Shown: piece by piece, positions 34,949 to 44,510 of the stretch | How the letters are laid out: each line of letters opens with the position of its first letter | Position numbering within the stretch: the stretch's first letter is position 1 | Position numbers and translations under genes: made by a program | IMG/VR virus record: IMGVR_UViG_3300012361_000002 | Direction: 5' to 3' (one strand) | DNA from: an uncultured virus (IMG/VR IMGVR_UViG_3300012361_000002) | Taxonomy: Duplodnaviria > Heunggongvirae > Uroviricota > Caudoviricetes | Length of the DNA stretch: 64,000 bases | Notes under the pieces: generated by a model | Seen by the model: the letters and a program-made list of their open reading frames with translations, nothing else | What the model was told of the DNA's origin: nothing | The model's database searches: none

Positions 34949-37389
34949 GCTGCTATTTCTTCCCTCTGGCGCGCTATCCTGGCTATGACTTCTGGCACCC
35001 ACGTCGCCTGCGCGAGCTTGCTGGCGAACACCGGCTGGATCTTCACCACGCGGCCGTCGTGGAGCACGTGCCCACCAAGTTCATCGCATATCGCATCCTC
35101 AAGGTCAGCGATGAATCGGCGGTGCATCTGCGCCGTCCAGTCCCCATCCTTGAGTGGTTCTAGAAACTTCTCGAAGAATGCCGTCAACGACTGCCCGGAA
35201 TCCACCAGTCCGCGGAAAAACTCCCGATGCACGCCGAGCACGAACACCGCGTGGAACATCACGTTCATCGCCCGTATTAGGCGGTAGTCGTCGAACGAGA
35301 TACTGCTGGATTGGACTACAACCTCCTCCGTCTCGGCACACGCCTCGCCGTCGAGCACCAGGGAATGCGCGTTGATCGGCCGACGCTTCGTCACCAGCTT
35401 GTGCTCGTCCCGGTATGCCTGCCGGTTCATCTCTATGCCATCGAACACGATAAGGTTGTAGCACTGCACCTTGTCGAACCCGAGCCGCGCGCACTTGTCG
35501 AGCAGCGCCAGGAAACTAGCCCTCGTCTCGCACGGAAGACCGAATATCAACTCGGTGCTGACCATCAACCCGAGCCCGTGCGCCCACGCGATAGCAGAGC
35601 GGACGTCGTCGTCGGTCAGGTTGCGCCGGCGGATGGCTTTCAGCGTCTCCGGGTTCTCGCTCTGGAGCGACAGGCAGACGCCGTGGTGGCACGCGTTGCC
35701 TAGCACTTCCTGGACGTCGCGGCTCGTCTGAGTGAAACGCTTGTCGTTGTAGTAGAAGACCCGCTTGGGGTAACCGTAATCCATAGCTCTGCGGATGGAC
35801 TTGGCCACATCGACATCGCGGCCCAATATGCCGAAGTTCTCGTCGACGATATAGAGAATGTGGTCTGGCCGGTCGGCGAACCGTTTGGCGATGAACTCAA
35901 TCTCGGCATTGACCTGCTCCATCGGGAATACGCGCAGCTTGCCCCGGCTTTTGCCGGACACGCAGAATGAGCAATTCTTGACCAAAACATTGTTTGCAAA
36001 GAACCATCCGGTCGCTGGCACTGTGAGACAATAAACGTCGCCCTTTTCTGCCAGCCGATCCACGCTTACCACTCGGTGGTTGATCTCCGCGATCCGCGAC
36101 TTTCTGTCGATGCTGGATGCACCGTCTTTGAAGTTGGGGTTCTTGGTCCCAAGTTTTGACTTCCGATAACGAAGCCTGGATTCATGAGATCGCACTTTCC
36201 CGCGGTTGGCGGCAGCCAAATTGTCTAGCCATTCCTGGCTCATCCCGCCCTTGGTAGGATTGTTGGTTCGCATACGCTCTGCAATCTCTGGATGCTGATC
36301 AAGATGATCCGCGGCAGAGGCGTAATGCACAAGATTCTCAGGAGCATCGTTCAGCGTGTTGCGGTCAACATGGTGAACGTGCTCGGAACTGGCGAGCCGC
36401 CGCCCCATTTCATATTCCTTGATCATCCTGGACCGCAATCGCCTGTCGCGCCGCGCCCAAGTCACATATGCACGCTGAAGATGCGGATTGACCTCGACCC
36501 TCATCGCCCTAATAGCTGAGCCAGCGGGAAGACTGCTTGCCTCGCATTCCCATTGACAGCCGCGCGATATCTGGAGGAACTTATGATCGGGAGTGCAGTC
36601 TATGTGCGTCCCGTCGTCGAAATGAACGCGAACGAGATGCTGGTTCTCGCCATATTTCCTGATCATGACTGAATCGGCGATGAACGCATCCCGCGTCTCC
36701 AAATTGAACGTGTAGACTGGGATGCCGGCATCGCCATACTTCTCGGCAAGTTCCCGGATCGAAATATCGCCGAAGATCGTGTTGATGGGCGTGTCGCCCG
36801 CCAGACACGTATAAGGACACAACCGCGACGTCTGCAACATCGGCTGGAACGGACCGTCGAGGAACTCGTCCAGGGTCCCGTCCAGGTACGGCGAGGGAAC
36901 GCTGGCGAGGTCCGTGGAGAGCCCGACGCGCTCGGGGTGGGTTATGGCCACCTCAGCATCAGAACCTCCCAGCAGCGTCCCCACGACCGCGGCAAGGCCA
37001 TCCTCGCCCTCGTTGACTACCAGCTTGTCCACTCCACGGTGACGGTCCAGGTACGATCTCTGCTCCAGCACATCGCTGTCGACTGATGGCCCACCAATGA
37101 CGATGTACGGACGAAACCCGGCGTCGATCTCCCTGACTTTGCGGACGAACAGTTTGTCGAGTTCCTCTTGCCAGTAGTAGGCTGACAGTCCGACGAGGTC
37201 TGGTCGCTCATCTTTCACATGCTCCAGCATTGCGTGCGGGTCCTTGAACAGCCGCATGTCCACGTCCCTGCCAAACTTAGCCTTCACGTAAGACGCGAGA
37301 TAGCCGAGGTTCAGCGGGACGTATAAATTGCCAACATTGTCAGCATTGAAGTAACTCAAATCACCAAGAGCGATGCGAAGAGGTCTCAT
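34945..37389 (-). CDS. Cobalamin-binding radical SAM enzyme (class B methyltransferase-like), intein-containing
   Basis: PLNLGYLASY, PDLVGLSAY, IVIGGP, VVNEGE, PSPYLDG; CPYT//CSFC motif; VDENFG; ELIFGLP. Confidence 0.9.
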   Translation of the reverse strand: MRPLRIALGDLSYFNADNVGNLYVPLNLGYLASYVKAKFGRDVDMRLFKDPHAMLEHVKDERPDLVGLSAYYWQEELDKLFVRKVREIDAGFRPYIVIGGPSVDSDVLEQRSYLDRHRGVDKLVVNEGEDGLAAVVGTLLGGSDAEVAITHPERVGLSTDLASVPSPYLDGTLDEFLDGPFQPMLQTSRLCPYTCLAGDTPINTIFGDISIRELAEKYGDAGIPVYTFNLETRDAFIADSVMIRKYGENQHLVRVHFDDGTHIDCTPDHKFLQISRGCQWECEASSLPAGSAIRAMRVEVNPHLQRAYVTWARRDRRLRSRMIKEYEMGRRLASSEHVHHVDRNTLNDAPENLVHYASAADHLDQHPEIAERMRTNNPTKGGMSQEWLDNLAAANRGKVRSHESRLRYRKSKLGTKNPNFKDGASSIDRKSRIAEINHRVVSVDRLAEKGDVYCLTVPATGWFFANNVLVKNCSFCVSGKSRGKLRVFPMEQVNAEIEFIAKRFADRPDHILYIVDENFGILGRDVDVAKSIRRAMDYGYPKRVFYYNDKRFTQTSRDVQEVLGNACHHGVCLSLQSENPETLKAIRRRNLTDDDVRSAIAWAHGLGLMVSTELIFGLPCETRASFLALLDKCARLGFDKVQCYNLIVFDGIEMNRQAYRDEHKLVTKRRPINAHSLVLDGEACAETEEVVVQSSSISFDDYRLIRAMNVMFHAVFVLGVHREFFRGLVDSGQSLTAFFEKFLEPLKDGDWTAQMHRRFIADLEDAICDELGGHVLHDGRVVKIQPVFASKLAQATWVPEVIARIARQREEIAA
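35974..36807 (-). mobile_element. Intein (278 aa) with HNH homing endonuclease
   Basis: Starts CLAGDTPI; block B CTPDHKF; HVHHVDRNTLNDAPENL; ends VYCLTVP...FFANNVLVKN before a Cys+1. Confidence 0.9.
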
Positions 37390-37395
37390 TTCGTC

Positions 37396-37465
37396 GCCCC
37401 TATCCTTGCCAAGCCTTGCCCCGCCTCACCGTGCCAAACCTAACCCTGCCAGACCTCGCCCCGAC
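37396..37465 (-). repeat. 5-nt periodic GG repeat tract
   Basis: Minus strand GGGGC GAGGT CTGGC AGGGT TAGGT TTGGC ACGGT GAGGC GGGGC AAGGC TTGGC AAGGA TAGGG. Confidence 0.8.
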
Positions 37466-37466
37466 A

Positions 37467-39320
37467 TCAACCAGATTGAACCTCCCGCAGCATCCGCGTC
37501 AACCTCCGCACCGACGGCTGCTTGTGGTTGCTCTTGTGGACGTGTCCGGTCCTAACGCCGAACTTCGGCCCGGCGTGCCTCACCATGCGCTGCGCGATCG
37601 CGCCCTTTAGCATCGTCTCAAGGTTGGCGCGTTTCTGTTGCTTGTCGTTGGCGGGCGGCTTCGCCCCTCCCGGCTTCGCGCCGGAACCACTTGCGGGCTG
37701 CGGCGGGTTCTTCAGCTGGTCGAGTTGCACCTCGCTCTGCTCGTCCTTCATGTCGAGCTGATCGTCCGTCAGCCCCGCCGCCTGCATGGCACGGGAATCG
37801 TCGATGTCCGGCAGGCCGGCGGCGTCCTTGAGGTAGGTCTGCACTTCCTCGTCCGGGAACAGCGGCATGCCGGCCTGTGCCATCCGCAGGACGTAGTTCG
37901 ACAGCACGTCGAGGTCGACCCGCTGCGCCAGGTCCGGCTTGATCTTCGGCTGCATGTCCAAGTCCATCGCGTTGAAGTCCATCAATCTCGTGACGGCGTA
38001 CTTATTGTAGACCTGGGCCATCGAGTTGAGGTAGCCCTCGATGGCTTGCATGAACATGTCGACCTTGGTCACGGCGAGCGACTGAGTCCCGCGCGCCTCG
38101 TGCCCGAGCGTCAGGAAATCCGCCAGCACTGAAGTCAGCATCGACGTGCTATAGCGGGTGATGGTCTGGTCGAGGTTGATCGATGCCGCGCGCATCTGCG
38201 GCGCCACTAGCTGGAACTCGTACTGCTTGACGCTCGTCGGGCCGTTCGTCCCCTCGTAGGTGTCGGACGGCAGCACCAGCCCCATCTGCTCGTCGGTGCG
38301 CAGGTTCACCGCGATGCGCTTGTACATATTCACTTGCGCCAGCGCGTTCGCATCGCCCGTCGACGCGAGCTGCAGGATCTGCCCCGGGATGTAGATCACC
38401 GGCACGCCGCCGAGCCGCTCGAACAGGATCGCCTCCTGCTCCTGCAGACGCTTCTTGTAGTAATACGGGACGTAGCTATTTCGCAGGATCGAACGGCCTT
38501 CAGGGTTCCCCTTGTAGTGCGTCGGCCGGTGCAGGATCGCTTTGTCGATCGGCATGTCGATGAGCGGCCCCACCCATGGCTGCTGGGTGACGCCCTTGGG
38601 TTGGCCGTTAATGTCAAAGTACCACTTTATTATTGTATCTTGCGAGCGGCCCGGCATGCGCCGCCACCCGACCTTCCCGTCGTCGTACTCGCTCGCCGGT
38701 AGTTCTTGTCCGGGCCGTCGCGGGTCCATCCCAGGCTTGCGCCCCAGGCGCTTCTTGTAGACCAACTCCGACCACGCGAACCCGTAGGTCAGGAACGACA
38801 GGTGGTCGCTGACGGTCTCGGTCCACGAGCTGGACATGTCGTTCATGCATGACTCGATGAAGTCGGAGTATTCCTTGCCGCCACCCTCCTCAGCGGGATC
38901 GACGCGCCACTCCACCTTCCGCATCGTCGCCTCGATGGCGAACAGCATTCCGCCGACCTGCGCATCGTTGTCGCGCATCTCGCGGAACTTCTGCGCGCCC
39001 TGGCGGCCGATGAGCGTCTGGAGGAACTCCTCCCTCACCCAGCCGCTGAACTGGCGCAGGCCCGTCTGGCCGAGCTCGTAGAACGTCATCCCGTCGGTCA
39101 GGACCGGAATGGGTCCCCACGACATGTTGTCGCTGGGCGAGATGGGCGGGCCGGGCGGGCTGAGCACCTGCCCTGCCGTCGTAACGGCGCGCGGATCGAT
39201 GGTCGGTGTGTTGGGAGTGCCGGCAAGGTCGGACGCGCCGCGGGTGGGTCCGCTGGATACCGGGTCAACCGGGCTGTTCGCCGTGCCGCCCGTCTGCGTC
39301 TGCCGTGGTGTCCTTGCCAT
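37467..39320 (-). CDS. Portal protein (Mu gp29/DUF935-like)
   Basis: FREMRDNDAQVG, YGFAWSELVYK, GNPEGRSILRN, ERLGGVPV, FLTLG...SLA; follows TerL. Confidence 0.9.
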   Translation of the reverse strand: MARTPRQTQTGGTANSPVDPVSSGPTRGASDLAGTPNTPTIDPRAVTTAGQVLSPPGPPISPSDNMSWGPIPVLTDGMTFYELGQTGLRQFSGWVREEFLQTLIGRQGAQKFREMRDNDAQVGGMLFAIEATMRKVEWRVDPAEEGGGKEYSDFIESCMNDMSSSWTETVSDHLSFLTYGFAWSELVYKKRLGRKPGMDPRRPGQELPASEYDDGKVGWRRMPGRSQDTIIKWYFDINGQPKGVTQQPWVGPLIDMPIDKAILHRPTHYKGNPEGRSILRNSYVPYYYKKRLQEQEAILFERLGGVPVIYIPGQILQLASTGDANALAQVNMYKRIAVNLRTDEQMGLVLPSDTYEGTNGPTSVKQYEFQLVAPQMRAASINLDQTITRYSTSMLTSVLADFLTLGHEARGTQSLAVTKVDMFMQAIEGYLNSMAQVYNKYAVTRLMDFNAMDLDMQPKIKPDLAQRVDLDVLSNYVLRMAQAGMPLFPDEEVQTYLKDAAGLPDIDDSRAMQAAGLTDDQLDMKDEQSEVQLDQLKNPPQPASGSGAKPGGAKPPANDKQQKRANLETMLKGAIAQRMVRHAGPKFGVRTGHVHKSNHKQPSVRRLTRMLREVQSG

Positions 39321-39503
39321 CGCTAACTCCTAAAAAAACCGGCTGCATCAACATGATCATTGTCTTTGATATCCTCAATCCATGAAATGATCTCGATGAG
39401 ATCCCTAAGGTTGATCTCGACTTTCCTGTCTTCACCACCGCGTTCACATTCAAAATCGACGGCTGATCGAAGATTGAGAAATGCTTGGTTCAGATCACCC
39501 ATC

Positions 39504-39713
39504 TCAGTCCCTCTCGATCACCTGGGTGCCGACTCCCCACTCAAAGTTGTAGACCTGCTTGCCGTTGGCGTCCTTCTGCCCGACCACCTCGCGGACTTCC
39601 TTGACGGCTATCTGGATCATGATGATGTCGCCGTTCTTCAGGAAAAGCGTGGCGCAACCAGGGACCTGGGCCTTGATCTCCTGCACAATCTCTTTAGGGG
39701 CTTCTACGTTCAT
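39504..39713 (-). CDS. Hypothetical protein
   Basis: MNVEAPKEIVQ...; coupled start. Confidence 0.5.
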   Translation of the reverse strand: MNVEAPKEIVQEIKAQVPGCATLFLKNGDIIMIQIAVKEVREVVGQKDANGKQVYNFEWGVGTQVIERD

Positions 39714-39904
39714 CGCGGCTCGTACTCCCCGCACCATTCGTCCCAAGTGACTTGCGGCCATTTGTCTAAGCCGCTTTCGGATGGCGATCTTCGGCGACAA
39801 CTCATCACCTCACCAGAAAGACGATGACTGAAGCGACAATTCTTGCATATCTGCATTGGCTTGATTGAAACTAAACGCGCCAAAGAATCCAAAGTGTCGT
39901 TCAT
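39710..39904 (-). CDS. Small Cys-rich protein
   Basis: CKNCRF...CRRRSP...WPQV...WCGEY. Confidence 0.6.
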   Translation of the reverse strand: MNDTLDSLARLVSIKPMQICKNCRFSHRLSGEVMSCRRRSPSESGLDKWPQVTWDEWCGEYEPR

Positions 39905-41259
39905 TGGTAACCCTCGTGGGTGCCGTGCGGTACGACCTGCCTGGATGAGATGACCGGCCCGACCATGATAGGCGTCTGCCCCTTTAGCATCAACTCAGAT
40001 AGCGCCCACACCAGAGCGTCGGCGCGGTCGGGTGACTCCTCGCCCAGGTAGCCCATTGTCGTGAACCCGCACAGCTGTTCCTCGAGCATCGGGAACCGCT
40101 CGACGTGGTGAACCCGGGACGGCGTCTTCTCATCCCCGTAGAGCGCCGATATCGGCTCGGCACGCACCACCTTGCCGCGGCTGGCGGTCACCATCTTGAC
40201 CAGCACCTTAGGGGCAGCCGTTTTGATCACGAACCGCACCATGTCGCCGCCGAAGTTCCTCTCGGCCACGACGCAGTCGGCGTCGAAGTCCTCGACCGCC
40301 TTGGCGACGATCTTGCCCCAGACCGCGGGCGACTCCCGGCATGACCTATCGGCCAGAACGTAGCCATGCCCGTCCTGCCCCAGCGCGGCCACCACGATGC
40401 CGATCTCGTCTGCCTGTAGATCTTCCCGCCCGGACGCCCCGGACGCATCCACGGCCACCACAACGCGCTGGAGGGCATCATCGCCGGGGTGAGGTGCACG
40501 GCACCGCTCAATCGTGTCGTAGGTCCAGAGCGCGCCCTCGGACTCGTCGACGTAGACGCCCTCGTAGAACCGCCGGCGCTGGCGCTCTGGCAACGCTGCT
40601 AGGCTCTCGATGTACTCCTTTGACAGGTTCGCCGAGTTGTCCCGCGGGTTCATGAACATGCGGGCGTAGTCGCTAGGGTTGGCAAGCGGCTGGAGCGACA
40701 CCGGGTCTCGCAACTGCCCGAACAGGCGGTTCGTCCAGTGTCCTTTCCCCGTCGGGTTGAGATCGTAGTAGGCGCGCTGTTTAAGCATCTTTCCCGTGAC
40801 ACGGTTCATCACGGATTGCGCGAGGCGGGTGCTCGCCATCAGGTGCGAGCGATAGGTGATCTGGCTGCATTCGTTTTCATAGAGGGTCGCGAACTCCTGA
40901 CCCAAAATACGTTCTGTCCTATCCTGATCATCCAACCCGCCCAGCCAAATCTCTGACTTGTTCGGCATCAGGAAGAACCCGTCCGCACGCCTCACGACGT
41001 ATGGCATCCCTGGGTAGCACTTGCGCATGACGGAGGGAAATGTGTCCATCCCGATCGAGCGCCAAACGGCGTTCTCGCGAAACCTCAAGATCACATGGCG
41101 GGAATAGTCGGCGCATAGAGCCCTGGTGACGATGGCGCGAACGAGGAGGAACGTCTTTCCGGACCGAGAACCGCCGACCAGGGCAGTATGGCGCTGCGGA
41201 CCGGCGAGGAGCTTGTTGCCGCGTTTCTGGGCCTCTGTGAGATTAAACTGGACGCTCAT
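39901..41259 (-). CDS. terL: Terminase large subunit
   Basis: Walker A GGSRSGKT; LYENECSQ; DLNP; nuclease VVVAVDASG and SPDRADALVWAL. Confidence 0.95.
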   Translation of the reverse strand: MSVQFNLTEAQKRGNKLLAGPQRHTALVGGSRSGKTFLLVRAIVTRALCADYSRHVILRFRENAVWRSIGMDTFPSVMRKCYPGMPYVVRRADGFFLMPNKSEIWLGGLDDQDRTERILGQEFATLYENECSQITYRSHLMASTRLAQSVMNRVTGKMLKQRAYYDLNPTGKGHWTNRLFGQLRDPVSLQPLANPSDYARMFMNPRDNSANLSKEYIESLAALPERQRRRFYEGVYVDESEGALWTYDTIERCRAPHPGDDALQRVVVAVDASGASGREDLQADEIGIVVAALGQDGHGYVLADRSCRESPAVWGKIVAKAVEDFDADCVVAERNFGGDMVRFVIKTAAPKVLVKMVTASRGKVVRAEPISALYGDEKTPSRVHHVERFPMLEEQLCGFTTMGYLGEESPDRADALVWALSELMLKGQTPIMVGPVISSRQVVPHGTHEGYQ

Positions 41260-41698
41260 TCCTGGACCGATACTCGGCGACGGTCAGCCCGAGCTTCTTG
41301 GCGGCACGGCTGTCACGAGTCCATTCGCGTCGATATTTCTTCCGGTTCGATGCGCTGTTCACATCCTTGTCGACAGATTTTGTGTGAACAGTGGCGTGAA
41401 CATCAGCATGAACAGGCTTGTGAACAGTAACGGCATCGGCATTGTTCACAAGCATCGATTCAAGCATCGACTTGAGCGTTGCCGCAAGAGCCGTGACCTG
41501 CTTGGATTGAGCCGCCACGAGTTGTTCCAGCGCTTCAACCCGGGCCTCCAACCGCTTGGTTCGCCCCACATCAGGAGGTTCAGCGCGCCCTATGCCAGAG
41601 AATTTCGCCAATATCCCACCAGTTGAAGCCTTCACCTTTGGATCACCTCCGCCAACCGTGTGGACTTTCCCGTCTGATGTCTCGAACTTGATGGCCAT
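41243..41698 (-). CDS. Hypothetical protein
   Basis: 151 aa between TerS and TerL. Confidence 0.6.
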   Translation of the reverse strand: MAIKFETSDGKVHTVGGGDPKVKASTGGILAKFSGIGRAEPPDVGRTKRLEARVEALEQLVAAQSKQVTALAATLKSMLESMLVNNADAVTVHKPVHADVHATVHTKSVDKDVNSASNRKKYRREWTRDSRAAKKLGLTVAEYRSRNERPV

Positions 41699-42082
41699 CT
41701 AAAGCTCCGAATCTGTTCGCGAAATCGTGACATGCACGCTGCCGTCCGGCTTGATCACCGTCTCCATCGCAGGCTCCAGCGTCGCCAGGCGGCGGTGCTC
41801 GTAGGGCAGCAAACCGTTCAACGCCCTGTCTGCCGCCTCCAGCGTCTCCCTGAACCACTTCGCGTCCCATTTCTCGCCGCGGGCGCGCTTGCCCTGCTCC
41901 TCGGCAGCCAAGCTGATGAGTGACATGATGACTTTGCGCTTTTGGTCGAGGCTGTCAAAGGCTTCCTGGGTTGGCTGGACCTTGGCCTGATCCTTGAAAT
42001 ATGCCTCACCTATGGTGCGCTTGTTTGGCGCTCCTTTGGCACGTCCGCCGCGTCGTTCTCCTGGCTTAGCTCCTGCTGGCAT
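41699..42082 (-). CDS. terS: Putative terminase small subunit
   Basis: GAKPGERRGGRAKGAPNKRT...LLPYEHRRLATLE; upstream of TerL. Confidence 0.7.
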   Translation of the reverse strand: MPAGAKPGERRGGRAKGAPNKRTIGEAYFKDQAKVQPTQEAFDSLDQKRKVIMSLISLAAEEQGKRARGEKWDAKWFRETLEAADRALNGLLPYEHRRLATLEPAMETVIKPDGSVHVTISRTDSEL

Positions 42083-42327
42083 TGGACTAATTTACTATTT
42101 TCACTAAGGTTTTGACTAGTCCCATTGATGTGGGATGCCAAGCTTCGACTTCTCGAACCATTCTATCGCTCTCGCGGCCTTTAGGGTCGCTGTCTCTTGT
42201 GTTTCCGCGTGAAAGCAAAAACGCGGTGATTCAATGCTGACGATCAGGAATCCATCATCAACTGCCGCAATGTGGCAACCTACGTTGCGTACATAGGTAC
42301 TAGCTCGCCAATCCAGTTCAATGATGC

Positions 42328-42726
42328 TCATGTCTTTTCCTCATCCGTCTGAGCGAGAGCCTGGATTTCTTTGGCGATGTCCCAGCAGTCCTGTGCTTCC
42401 CAATATTTGGCCACATCCTCGATCGTCTTCGCCCGGATAGCATCGCGCTCCCTTAATGCCGCATCACGATCATTGATGACTTCGTTTTTCACCGCTCCAA
42501 CGTCGCTGAGATCGGACAATAGCTGGTCGCGCTCTGCTTCGAGTTCGGCGATGCGTCGCTCATGCATTCCGAGAAGATCGCAGTCGTTTACCTCATTGTT
42601 CTGAAGCCGGCGCACCTCGGCTTCGAGTTCGGCGATGCGCTTGTCAGCATCGCAATCGTTCAGTTCCTCCGCACTTAAAGGATACGGCCAATCGCGTTCT
42701 AATATTGACCTTGGTTTATCGCTCAT
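42328..42726 (-). CDS. Coiled-coil hypothetical protein
   Basis: RIAELEAE occurs twice; AIRAKTIEDVAK. Confidence 0.6.
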   Translation of the reverse strand: MSDKPRSILERDWPYPLSAEELNDCDADKRIAELEAEVRRLQNNEVNDCDLLGMHERRIAELEAERDQLLSDLSDVGAVKNEVINDRDAALRERDAIRAKTIEDVAKYWEAQDCWDIAKEIQALAQTDEEKT

Positions 42727-42844
42727 GTCTTGTCCTTCGATGGCGGGTGAGGGCGCGAAGCGGAGCCTGAAGCCCAAATGATAGCGGCAATGCCCAGCAA
42801 AGTGCAGAGCACGAGAAACGGAAACGCGATAGCCGAAGCGGTTG

Positions 42845-43186
42845 TCATGGCTTGTCCTCCGATGGATCAATGCTGGCGGCGCGCAGGGCGGCGATGGCCG
42901 CGTGAGCCTGTTCATTCCACACATTCCAATCAATTCCGCCTTCGTCCCAAGCCTTGAGCGCCTTCGCCGCCATCATCAGCGCTTCGTGCTGGGCGCGGGG
43001 GATGAATACCGGAGGCGGATCGCATTTGTTGCATACAGGAACCATGGTCCCACCAGAGGCTGCATGAGGGGCGGCGTTAATCCAGTGCCAGCCGATGACA
43101 TCGGCTGTCGATCCTTGAGGGCCGCCAATCGTCATCGTATAGCTCTCAGGAAGCAGCTTTCCGCAACGAAAGCATTTCTCGCTCAT
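42845..43186 (-). CDS. Hypothetical protein
   Basis: CxxC pairs; GGAAGG SD. Confidence 0.55.
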   Translation of the reverse strand: MSEKCFRCGKLLPESYTMTIGGPQGSTADVIGWHWINAAPHAASGGTMVPVCNKCDPPPVFIPRAQHEALMMAAKALKAWDEGGIDWNVWNEQAHAAIAALRAASIDPSEDKP

Positions 43187-43390
43187 TTGTTAGCCTTCCT
43201 TGATTCGCGTTTTCGCACGACATCAAGTCGTTGCTTGTGAAGCTTGGGAGAACCCTTTCCCCACGTTCCGCCAAAATAGAAGGGGCGGCAGTTCTCCCCA
43301 GACTTGGCCGAACAATAGGGGCATTTAACTTTCAAGGCTCGTCTTTCGATCGCTCTCATGTATCAATATCGGCGGCGGCGCGGAGGGCGA

Positions 43391-44041
43391 TCATTTCGTC
43401 GCCTCGATGATCCAGTGCGAGATGTTCGCGCCGTTGTCGGTATGGGTCGTGGATTCCAGCTTGACGGCCGAGAACCGCATGAAGTGACGATGGACTTCGC
43501 CCTGCGTCAACCTGTGGAATGTCGCCCCCTTCAATTCCTCGCGCATCACGGGGCTGTGGTCGGCGCAGGCCATTATCGAGAGTAGTTGACCGCCGGACCT
43601 GAGCATCAACTTGATTTGCTCCAATGCCGCATCGAGGTCATCGACGTGTTGGAGGCAGCAGACGTCGACGATCCCATCGAACTGGGCTGCGGCGTGAATG
43701 ACGTACGACGGCGGCAGATTGGTAATATTCATCGGCCAGAAGCGCAGAGAATGCGGGTAAACGTAGCCATATAGATGCTGGGCCCGTTTGATCGCCTCAT
43801 CCGAAGCGTCGACAGCGTCGACCAGAAACCCGTTGTTCGCCAGCCAGAACGCCATCGCCCCCACGCCGCAGCCGACATCGAGAAGGTGGACGCTGCCCTT
43901 GGCGTCCTTATCCCTTCCGCCCCACCGACGCATCGCCCAGCGGGCCACTGCCGGCTCCGGGCACGTCCCCCATTGGACCTGTCGGTGGAGATCATTCCAT
44001 AGCTCTACGCTTGTTGGCCTCGTCTTCGAATCGATCTCCAT
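43391..44041 (-). CDS. Class I SAM-dependent methyltransferase
   Basis: LLDVGCGVG, VDAVDAS, FDGIVDVCCLQHV, LRSGG. Confidence 0.9.
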   Translation of the reverse strand: MEIDSKTRPTSVELWNDLHRQVQWGTCPEPAVARWAMRRWGGRDKDAKGSVHLLDVGCGVGAMAFWLANNGFLVDAVDASDEAIKRAQHLYGYVYPHSLRFWPMNITNLPPSYVIHAAAQFDGIVDVCCLQHVDDLDAALEQIKLMLRSGGQLLSIMACADHSPVMREELKGATFHRLTQGEVHRHFMRFSAVKLESTTHTDNGANISHWIIEATK

Positions 44042-44203
44042 AAATGCTCCTTAGGATGTCTTCGGTTAGCAGATTGTGGGTAGCGATCACGGCATCGCGC
44101 TGCCTGATCGCGCGCACAAATACAATCGCCGCAGAAATGAACCCGGCGATGAACCCCACGCCAGCGGCGATGAACAGGATCAGGAACTCGACGAAGGTAT
44201 TCA

Positions 44204-44509
44204 TCAGCATGGCCCGTCGCGCCAGCAACGATAAACACGCGGATACTCGATGCGCGGGTACTCCTCGCGGTAGTACGGGTTCCGCGTGCCCTGCCATCTC
44301 GGGTGGCCATCCTCGATGTACGGGCCGTAGCCTGGGGTGTGGGGCGCGTAGCCAGGTATCTCCTGGTGCCTGCGACGCCAGTCCATCTCCTCGCGGGACG
44401 GTGCGCGCGGATATTGGACTGTGACAGCGGGTTCGGAACCCGTCTTGGCATGCGCTGGTTCTACCCATCCCTGCGCCAATATGGAGATCGCTGCCGCTGC
44501 TATGACCAT
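44204..44509 (-). CDS. Small exported protein
   Basis: Hydrophobic N-terminus ending AHA; Pro/Tyr/Arg-rich tail. Confidence 0.5.
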   Translation of the reverse strand: MVIAAAAISILAQGWVEPAHAKTGSEPAVTVQYPRAPSREEMDWRRRHQEIPGYAPHTPGYGPYIEDGHPRWQGTRNPYYREEYPRIEYPRVYRCWRDGPC

Positions 44510-44510
44510 G

